This document shows positions 1 through 6,818 of a stretch of DNA of 6,818 nt, in pieces. Numbering within the stretch: position 1 is the first letter of the stretch; every line of letters starts with the position of its first letter. The position numbers and the translations under genes were made by a program. The notes under the pieces are model-generated. The model did no database searches. It saw only the letters and a list, made by a program, of their open reading frames with translations, and was not told where the DNA came from. This stretch comes from Trichoplax adhaerens (taxonomy: Eukaryota > Animalia > Placozoa): assembly GCF_000150275.1 (NCBI RefSeq), contig NW_002060996.1, forward strand, positions 30,477 to 37,294, in the 5' to 3' direction.

Positions 1-328
1 ATGCTTATGATAGATAGGCTGCAATTTTGCAATCCATTTTCTCCATCCCAATGTTGATCTTTATGTTCTCCTATTTTACCAATGTTTTGTTAGGGATGTT
101 TTCCTTTTCTCTTTCAAGTCGCTCTTTGACTACGATTTGTAATAGACATTAAACTAACTCAGCAATAGCATTGACCATAGACTAGACATAGACTACACTG
201 CTTTTAATCATGCTTTGCTATATTTATTTTTGGGTATTGGTTTTACTGACATTGGGGGTATACTTTATCCATTTGTACAGCATACACATCCATCATCTTC
301 ATTGATTATGGAAGCAATATTAACTTAG

Positions 329-334
329 TTTATT
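329..334 (-). promoter_or_regulatory. Candidate polyadenylation signal AATAAA (a second candidate at 223-228)
   Basis: tttatt on the plus strand, about 65 nt downstream of the stop codon. Such hexamers are frequent by chance in AT-rich DNA. Confidence 0.4.
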
Positions 335-397
335 GTCACTCTCGTTAAATTGCATTGGGTACAAGATACAAGATTAACTTTACATTTCACGCAAATA

Positions 398-697
398 TTA
401 TTCCTTTTTCATTGAATTTACTAAGCAGTAATCCTGATCACTCCTGATGATGAGTTGAGAGTGTTGAAGATTCCATTGCATGTCCTCTATGTAGAAGTGA
501 GGGAATGGTAGAGTGATTTGTAGCTGTAGTGTTTGGGGGTTATAAATATTCAAACTAGAGTATTTTTCATATAGGATTAACTGCTTGTCCGACCATAGAT
601 TTTCATGGTTGAAGAATTGTGTGTATGTGAAAGGATCGAAGTATTTGATATTGTCTTTGTATCTTTTCATGTATAAATTTCCATCTTGGTTGAGTAT
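398..697 (-). CDS. Exon 15: terminal coding exon, last propeller blade(s) (ILNQDGNLYMKRY...IEDMQWNLQHSQLIIRSDQDYCLVNSMKKE*)
   Basis: Acceptor GCCTATAG|. In frame with ORF 398-670. TAA at 400-398 with AATAAA downstream. Confidence 0.82.
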   Translation of the reverse strand: MLNQDGNLYMKRYKDNIKYFDPFTYTQFFNHENLWSDKQLILYEKYSSLNIYNPQTLQLQITLPFPHFYIEDMQWNLQHSQLIIRSDQDYCLVNSMKKE

Positions 698-3600
698 CTA
701 TAGGCATTGAATTTTATGATTAGCACAACCTACGTTCAACAATGATGACGTCACATTGATTGTATCCAGTTATCGTTGTCTTACTGCTATATGGTCTCCA
801 TTTTCCAGTAGTAGCAAAAGACCCTATAATGAATTGAATGGAATGTAACGATCAGCTATGGACTAGAGTAGAGCTCCTTACATAATCAACTCATTACAGT
901 CGTTGTCATCCTCCTTCCAACTCATTTCCATATTGACACTGCGATCATTATGACTTACCATTGCTAATACATTAGCAATCATTTCGGCATGTTTATCTCC
1001 CCATACATCAACTAATTTTTCTTTCTTCATCCGAAGAGGCGAATGTTCAATCTTATGAGGGTTATAATTCATCATTATTTTACAGATTAATCCTTCCTCC
1101 CCTTGGTAGTCAATATTTTGCAGTAATTGATATTCACCATCCCCAAACTTGTAACACTACAATAAATTCAAGTTGGAAATGTCGTTAATGGTCGTCTCCA
1201 TTTGCAATAGACGTCAAAGTCGACATTCAAGGCTATTTTCGACATGAAACTGAACAGTCAATTTATAGACGGTTCCACTTTAGAATAGAGATTAAATGGA
1301 AATAAATTATTCTAGCTTACTTTCAAGCTATCATCTTCCTTTCTTTCCCAAACATAAAGATAATCATCATCAACATACACAACACCAACTAGATGACTCC
1401 ATGTCAGTCGATCAACGCTCTTCATTCCGGTTGTAAGGTTAATAGTTATTATCCAGCTATTGAATGAGGAGAATATCTGAAATAAATCAATTAATTAATT
1501 CGACCAATTGACCTCCAACGTAATTGTAAAATCAGTTCAACAACTTCTCATGTTAGCTAATAAGCATTCTCATTTTCACCATCTTCTTCTAAATAATACT
1601 ACCGTCATTTTCATACAAACTTCAAACATATTTTCAACATACAGGAAAGAGAATGAGTGTGTTATCCTTCTTTCTATATCTGAAGTGTATCAAATCTTTA
1701 GCAGCCGATTCTTCTTCAAGTATTCCATTGATTAATTCCCTGTACTTTCCATAATCTTCTATACCTACAAACTCGATCAGCTGCAACCAATCAATATTAT
1801 TCAATTCAATTCAATTGAGCAGAGGATTGAACAAAGTCGATAGAGCTACTAGTGCTGATGAAAGCTTAACCTACGTCGAATATGTTGACGGTAGTTTGGG
1901 GGTTACGTTGGGGTCTACCAACATCAACTGATTTTGTTTGAGAGATATCTTGCCAAGCAATTTTATCGCATTAGTTTAATAAAAACGATTGTGACCATGA
2001 ATGAATGCATGATTAAATTAGAGTTGTTGTACAACCATCATGTCTTACCTTGTAAATTATATTCATATACATTACGTGCATGATAAATAAGCAATCGATG
2101 ACTACCAGGAATAAACATTGATCGACCAGATTGATCAAGTTCAACACGAGATTGGACTTGACCACCACTCATCTTGAGTATGACTTCCTACATACAGTAT
2201 ACCACAGTATTACAATATAGGACTAATATTACTGCACTATAAAATATTATGCTGATCTACTTTATGACGCATCATGAATATGAGTAACCCAATATTGCAC
2301 TAACCTTCTTAAAACAGTCAATAGCGATCATTGACTGATCGCCTGATACCAAAATATCAACAACGTATCCAATATCATGTAATATTGGCTGAAATTGATT
2401 TTCAAATTCGATATCTTGTTCCATTTTTAACAGACCAATTGTACCACTTTTACTTCTAAACCTGTTATATGACAATATCATATAGGCTGCATCACGGTAG
2501 ATGCTGATGCGCGTTAAGAGCAAGCCATGTTGAAAATCATTGGTAGCAAAGTACCGACCATCATCCTTTGCATGGATGAAAGCAGGTACTTTGAATGATC
2601 GACAAGTCCATTGCTGTGCATTCCACATCTATCCATCAAATTGATACAAATAGCTTTTATCAATTGGATCTAAGAGACGATATTTGACTTTACTGCATTT
2701 AGTCAATTGTAGCTTACTTCAATTTGACATTCATTAATCCACTTTTCCGAATCGTCACGTTCATAGTCTTCAAACTTCCCTCGTTGACTTTGATATTTTC
2801 TCCACCACAACAAGACACAAACACTATCTTGCATTAGTACCCATCGACAATATTCTATTTTGTATTGGCGTGATATTTGCTTATTTGTAGGTCTAATAAA
2901 ATTCCCCTCAATCTTCCAAATCTAATAATACACAACACAACAACAGTTGAACGCAACAGTTTTCGATCACTTGGCATGCTTAATTAATATTCGCTTAAAC
3001 TCATATTCACTGCTAACCCTAACTTCACACAAATTTCTAGAGAGTGTCATAATCACTTGGGTTTGAGATTGAGCAGGGCAAAATTGTACGGAATCAAAGT
3101 CAGTCTTAACGTCTTCCCCTTGATCGTTTTGGGCAAAGCTTATTTCTTCATTTTTATCGAGATCGTAAACGATCCACTCGTCCTAAGAATATGAAACAAA
3201 TCAATGAAAAATTAACTTTACCATCAACTCAATCCTACTCAAATTAGCAATGTGCTACCTTTCTGTTAAATTGCTTGAAGGCTGCAGTCCGACCGTCAGC
3301 TGAGATTTCAACTTCTCTAATATACATGCTTGGTTTTGATATTTGAAGCACAGTTTGTGATGTTTGATAATCTTGAATCTATTAAAGCAATTGCGATGGT
3401 GAGCAAGACATGAATTGACATGAATGACATGATAGAGTAACGAGTAATCAGCATTGATTTTATTGGCAGTCTATGACTGATTGGATTGTATTTTCAGCAC
3501 TAGTTCAACGATAGTCCATTCTAATTCTTGGCCTTTGCCGTTTTATGATTGTATACTAACATACCACAATTTGGCAGTCTCGTCTACGATTGTTTTGAGT

Positions 3601-6580
3601 ACCAATTATTTGGCAGTCTTCTTCATTATTGTTTTGAGTACCAATTATTCGCAAAGGTCCAAACTCGGGATTCGAAACTGATATTGACTGATCTCTGCGA
3701 TTCTTACCGAATACTTTGCATGCATCATAAGTATATTGAGTTGTTGCACTAGTTGAACACCGATTTGCAAGTCAGAATCGACAGTATAGTGTAAATTACA
3801 GTAGGTAGTACTGCTATGGATTGATGAAATTGGAAGTAGTTTACTTACCTTGACATCCTCCAATAACTTTTACCATTTCGCACATTTTCCTTAGCTAATT
3901 GCAAAGCTCGCTGTTTCATCCAACTATCTGACATGTCAACCCACAAGATCATTTGAATAACATCTCCATCGACTCCATCGAGGCAAGACTGTTGCTGCTT
4001 GAGGAGCTGCTTGAGTTGATCGAAATCCTCCCAGTTCTGAATGCAAATTAACCATTAAAACGATATTAGTCAGATTTTGAAAGAAAGCGCTGGAATGACT
4101 AGCAGTCGATTTATAATTATAAAATGAGTAGTATTGGCAGTGTTGGTTTTACAATGTCTAGAAGTAACTTGTGGCAGGAGTAATTATGGACAATTGTAAA
4201 TCAGCTATCAAGACTACTTCACAATCTTCGCCTAGTTACCAAAGTCATGTCTTAGTCCTTAGTAGCAATTACAAGTTTATTTTCTGCCTCAATCTCTTCA
4301 GCGACATGATGATGACGGACTACTACCTTATATTCTACTGTACAAGTAACCGAAAAAGTGAAGAGTAACGTGATCAATTCGTCTATGAAGCATAAATAGC
4401 ATCCCTAACCCAACTCAATAGGACTCTCCATCTTGCTATTATTGTATTGCCGCATATTAATAAGTCATTAAGCGACGGCGTGATCATTTATTACGTTAAT
4501 CAAAACATGATAAAATATGGACATTAGTAAAAGCGACTGTCCAACTACACTTTAAGCATGCAAATACTTATATAGTGATAAAAATGACGCAGCCCGATTT
4601 GTACAAAGTAGATCGTCAGTTTGAAAACTGCAAATACCAATACCAGGTGGCGTAAGTAAGGATTTCTACATGTTATATCATTAATCACTACCTTGAACAA
4701 TCTACACCAAAAAATGGATGATGGAATCATTTGTACAGTTGTTATTGATCCATGATATACAGAGATGAAAGTAATCAATCTTTTCATTCTATTGAATTAA
4801 CTACATGAATTCATTATCCAACCTTATTTCTTTTCTTTAGATAGTCAATGTAGTTTGTTAAATCGCAGTCTAGGTAATAGATTGTCCTGTCTATTTGAAT
4901 TTTACGTGTCATCCAATCGAAATCGGTCATAATACTTTGAAGATACTCATCATTTTCAGCCATTAAAGCATGATAAATAAGATTAGGATAGAAATAGCCA
5001 TCATCAGGGAAGGTATTCCACTTTCCATCGCACTGATTACGGTAACTATCGATCAACGTTTTGTTTAAACTCTTGCGATAATCTTGATTGGAATTGTGCG
5101 AGTAGAGTCGTTGCTGTAGATAGTCGACCATCAAATCGTGTAGAACACATCTTGACAAAGTAATGGAAATCAATGGGATTAATACTATTTACAGTAGTCA
5201 ATGCAAGGCTATCGATTGTAGCACTGCATTGAGAATAGATACAATTATAGTGTATGTAAAACTATGTATTGAATAGCACTAGCTACTTTAGACGATATCA
5301 AATCATAATTTACTATCAAACTAAACAGTAGCTAATAGAAAAGATTAATTAAATAAAAGTAGTTATTGGCTAGTTATCACTAAAAGAGAAAGAGAGCCTT
5401 ATGGAAGAGGGTTAGAATTCAATTTACTGTGTAGGATATTGTGTGCAATGTGCAGTGTGTATACAAGGCTTGCTTTGTAGACATACATTCGTAGATCGCT
5501 TGAAGATGGAAGAGGAAAATAGCAAATGCCGATTGACTACGTTAGGTAAGACAATTTATACTTCTCAATATAATATTTGTATTATTAATGATGGAAGTGA
5601 AAGCGTCACAACTTCAAATTTTACTAGTAACCTTAATATGGTGATAATGTTGATTTAGTAGATAAAAAAGGAGACAAAACTAAAAGCGCAATATTATCAA
5701 CCTACAACTAACGATTGATATNNNNNNNNNNNNNNNNNNNNNNNNNNNNNNNNNNNNNNNNNNNNNNNNNNTTACTCCATTAACTTAACTTGGGCATACA
5801 GTATTCTAACCAAAATTAACATAAAGCAGATATATGATAGCTTATTCGACATGCAAGTACTGTACAGTCACAATCCATTTAAAATACTTATCAATCTGTT
5901 CATTCTATATCTATCACTATATATGCCTACAAGGACACACTAGGTCATGCTTTGAATATTAAAATATAAAGCATTGCAAAATTGGACATCACTCAATTAA
6001 CTTAACTTGGATATGCACTATTCTACTCTACCCCAAAATTAAAAATAATTGGTGTTCAAACATGATTGATGCTCTAAATGTATAGCAATTTACTTTGTGT
6101 CTATTTCAATACATTCTACGAACCGAAATCTGATTAAACTTACTTTTCTTTATCATATGTAAGTAATGATTTGTTATGCATTTTCTTTACGAGATTCCGA
6201 GCTTCGATTTCATCGTAGTTCCATAACGATGCAACAGATTGAATAGGAATACCGACTCGCTTAAATACAGCTAGTTGCTCAAATAATGGTCTAATCTCAT
6301 CATTTAAAGTATCAACACTTAATTGTAAAGTCCCGTATAGATTGAAACCGTAATGAGCTAATTCAATATCTGCAGACTTTTTGGCAATGATATCCTTTGC
6401 TTGATTCCACTCTTCATCAGTTTTTAAATCAAGACCACCAATTAAAGTGATAGCTAATGGTAAACCTTGACAACTGTCGATAACATTCTTGACAACTGGA
6501 TTTTGACGCAATGTCTGATCATTATCGTTAACGGCAAGTAACGCAAGCAGTTCTATAGCTTCATCATACGTTAGTTTTTC
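398..6580 (-). CDS. Apaf-1/CED-4-like NB-ARC + WD40 protein, 5'-partial, 15 exons: join(6580-6144, 5150-4823, 4036-3849, 3748-3565, 3378-3259, 3182-3018, 2921-2718, 2628-2305, 2187-2049, 1948-1871, 1764-1643, 1476-1321, 1156-959, 823-785, 697-398), 993 aa
   Basis: All 14 introns are GT...AG and the phases match (2,0,2,0,0,0,0,0,1,1,0,0,0,0). The summed 2982 nt has no internal stop. Motifs: CQGLPLAITLIG (NB-ARC GxP), KSLL...CVLHDLMVDYL (LHD/MHD), DDGYFYPNLIYH..A and DFDWM..K (Apaf-1 helical domain), then beta-strand-rich WD40-like repeats. Orthology to APAF1 is not established, so no symbol is given. Confidence 0.9.
785..823 (-). CDS. Exon 14: 39-nt micro-exon (GLLLLLENGDHIA)
   Basis: Acceptor CATTATAG| and donor GCA|GTAAGA. 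Phase 0-0, beta-hairpin-like peptide. Confidence 0.65.
959..1156 (-). CDS. Exon 13 (CYKFGDGEYQLLQNIDYQGEEGLICKIMMNY...NVLAM)
   Basis: Acceptor TTTATTGTAG| and donor ATG|GTAAGT. 198 nt, in frame with ORF 878-1075. Confidence 0.8.
1321..1476 (-). CDS. Exon 12: propeller-like (IFSSFNSWIITINLTTG...LVGVVYVDDDYLYVWERKEDDSLK)
   Basis: Strong acceptor TTTATTTCAG| and donor AAA|GTAAGC. 156 nt, phase 0-0. Confidence 0.8.
1643..1764 (-). CDS. Exon 11 (GIEDYGKYRELINGILEEESAAKDLIHFRYRKKDNTLILFP)
   Basis: Acceptor GTTTGTAG|GT and donor CCT|GTATGT. Open in phase 1-0. Boundaries are the least certain in the model. Confidence 0.55.
1871..1948 (-). CDS. Exon 10: short linker-like exon (DISQTKSVDVGRPQRNPQTTVNIFDV)
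   Basis: Acceptor TTGGCAAG|AT (phase 1). Donor G|GTTAAG chosen for phase; an alternative GTAGGT donor lies 4 nt upstream. Confidence 0.6.
   Translation of the reverse strand: MSLKQNQLMLVDPNVTPKLPSTYST
2049..2187 (-). CDS. Exon 9: propeller segment (EVILKMSGGQVQSRVELDQSGRSMFIPGSHRLLIYHARNVYEYNLQ)
   Basis: Acceptor GTATGTAG| and donor G|GTAAGA. 139 nt, phase 0-1. Confidence 0.8.
2305..2628 (-). CDS. Exon 8: WD40-like repeats (MWNAQQWTC...VVDILVSGDQSMIAIDCFKK)
   Basis: Acceptor GGATAG|ATG and donor AAG|GTTAGT. 324 nt. Corresponds to ORF 2272-2628. Confidence 0.85.
2718..2921 (-). CDS. Exon 7: WD40-like repeat (IWKIEGNFIRP...IEYCRWV...SVCVLLWW...ECQIE)
   Basis: Acceptor TATTATTAG| and donor GAA|GTAAGC. 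204 nt open, phase 0-0. Confidence 0.83.
3018..3182 (-). CDS. Exon 6: WD40-like repeat (DEWIVYDLDKNEEI...FDSVQFCPAQSQTQVIMTLSRNLCEVR)
   Basis: Acceptor ATTCTTAG| and donor AGG|GTTAGC. 165 nt, phase 0-0. VYD and V.F.P propeller signatures. Confidence 0.83.
3259..3378 (-). CDS. Exon 5: WD40-like repeat (IQDYQTSQTVLQISKPSMYIREVEISADGRTAAFKQFNRK)
   Basis: Acceptor CTTTAATAG| and donor AAG|GTAGCA. 120 nt, phase 0-0. Carries a WD40-like I..V.IS.DG...A signature. Confidence 0.83.
3565..3748 (-). CDS. Exon 4: linker and start of first propeller blade, with a 13-aa duplication
   Basis: Acceptor TTCAACTAG|T (phase 2) and donor GTG|GTATGT. Open for 184 nt: ATTQYTYDACKVFGKNRRDQSISVSNPEFGPLRIIGTQNNNEEDCQIIGTQNNRRRDCQIV. 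Confidence 0.8.
3569..3649. repeat. Coding 39-bp tandem duplication (2 copies)
   Basis: atttggcagtctcgtctacgattgttttgagtaccaatt versus atttggcagtcttcttcattattgttttgagtaccaatt. 33/39 identical. Confidence 0.95.
3849..4036 (-). CDS. Exon 3: end of helical domain 2 (NWEDFDQLKQLLKQQQSCLDGVDGDVIQMILWVDMSDSWMKQRALQLAKENVRNGKSYWRMS)
   Basis: Acceptor TGCATTCAG| and donor AG|GTAAGT. Open for 188 nt. Resembles the Apaf-1 segment IVQLGL...S.V..QA.LQAK..V.NG..Y. Absent from the ORF track in this frame. Confidence 0.88.
4823..5150 (-). CDS. Exon 2: LHD (MHD) motif and Apaf-1 helical domain 2
   Basis: Acceptor TTTGTCAAG|A (phase 2, matches the previous donor) and donor AAG|GTTGGA. Translates CVLHDLMVDYLQQR...FPDDGYFYPNLIYHALMA...DFDWMTRK...YLKKRNK. 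Confidence 0.9.
5722..5771. other. Assembly gap (50 N) inside an intron
   Basis: Run of 50 N. Confidence 0.99.
5774..6042. repeat. Imperfect intronic direct repeat, about 46-52 bp, copies at 5774-5819 and 5991-6042
   Basis: actccattaacttaacttgg versus actcaattaacttaacttgg (19/20), followed by shared tattcta and ccaaaattaa. Offset 217 bp. Confidence 0.75.
6144..6580 (-). CDS. Exon 1 in window: NB-ARC HD1 and winged-helix domain (EKLTYDEAIELLALLAVND...CQGLPLAITLIGG...KSLLTYDKE)
   Basis: Acceptor TTGTATAG|GAA at 6581/6580 and donor AA|GTAAGT at 6144/6143. 437 nt. Contains an L..DEA.ELL RNBS-C-like motif, GLPLA, LQLSVDTL and F..LAVF. Confidence 0.93.
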
Positions 6581-6818
6581 CTATACAAGAGAGTATATGA
6601 AATAAGAATTGTATTTATCATAATTGTTCGGATAGGTTACTTAATGACAAAATAGAGAAATCATGGCGGTGAAGTTTTCTTCAACTATAACACTATACTC
6701 CATGCCACTTTAATTAATACAGTTGGAAAAAATTATAAATTCATTTTTGACCTTTTATTGCATGAAATGAACAATATCATCAGAGCAATTCAACTGTAAC
6801 TGAAACTGAATACAAAAC

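Noticed and set aside
960-979. Inverted repeat attgctaat-ac-attagcaat
   Set aside because: Short, AT-rich and inside coding sequence; consistent with chance.
1508-1735. Plus-strand 75-aa ORF
   Set aside because: Antisense to exon 11 and its intron, TTG start, no motifs; chance ORF.
1801-1815. (tcaat)3 microsatellite, and the similar gacatgaat near-triplicate at 3407-3432
   Set aside because: Ordinary short intronic slippage repeats.
3379-3470. Alternative acceptor at 3471 extending exon 5
   Set aside because: Gives a 212-nt exon that breaks phase, whereas the 3379 acceptor yields a clean WD40-like frame.
3569-3649. Repeat considered as CRISPR-like
   Set aside because: Two adjacent units without real spacers, inside a eukaryotic coding exon.
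3481-3863. ORFs 3481-3681 (+), 3549-3752 (+) and 3645-3863 (-)
   Set aside because: Shadow or alternative frames of exons 3-4. Their repeated peptides only reflect the 39-bp duplication.
4161-4199. Plus-strand peptide VTCGRSNYGQL resembling an RCC1 repeat motif
   Set aside because: Immediately followed by a stop and not repeated; likely coincidence.
4545-4787. Minus-strand 80-aa ORF in the long intron
   Set aside because: No recognisable homology, and exons 2 and 3 join contiguously in the Apaf-1-like alignment without it.
6641-6684. Possible upstream small exon (TATAG...GTAACC, minus strand)
   Set aside because: Ends in TAA in the frame required to join the next exon.

Overview
AT-rich eukaryotic genomic DNA with one 50-N assembly gap. 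Nearly the whole window is one multi-exon gene on the minus strand. By hand I joined 15 GT-AG-bounded exons (6580 down to 398) into one continuous, phase-consistent reading frame of 2982 nt (993 aa plus TAA). It encodes the C-terminal part of an Apaf-1/CED-4-like STAND (NB-ARC) protein: HD1 with a GLPLA motif, a winged-helix domain ending in the LHD motif, an Apaf-1-type helical domain 2, and about 670 aa of very degenerate WD40-like beta-propeller. The N-terminus (death-fold domain, Walker A/B) lies upstream, beyond the window. The ORF-track entries are exon fragments or chance ORFs. The NB-ARC core looks conserved while the propeller is highly diverged. It contains a recent 13-aa tandem duplication with charge reversal and has phase-0 introns at equivalent blade positions. 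This suggests a diversified NLR-like sensor paralog rather than canonical cytochrome c-sensing Apaf-1. An early-branching animal such as a placozoan is a plausible source, but that is inference only.
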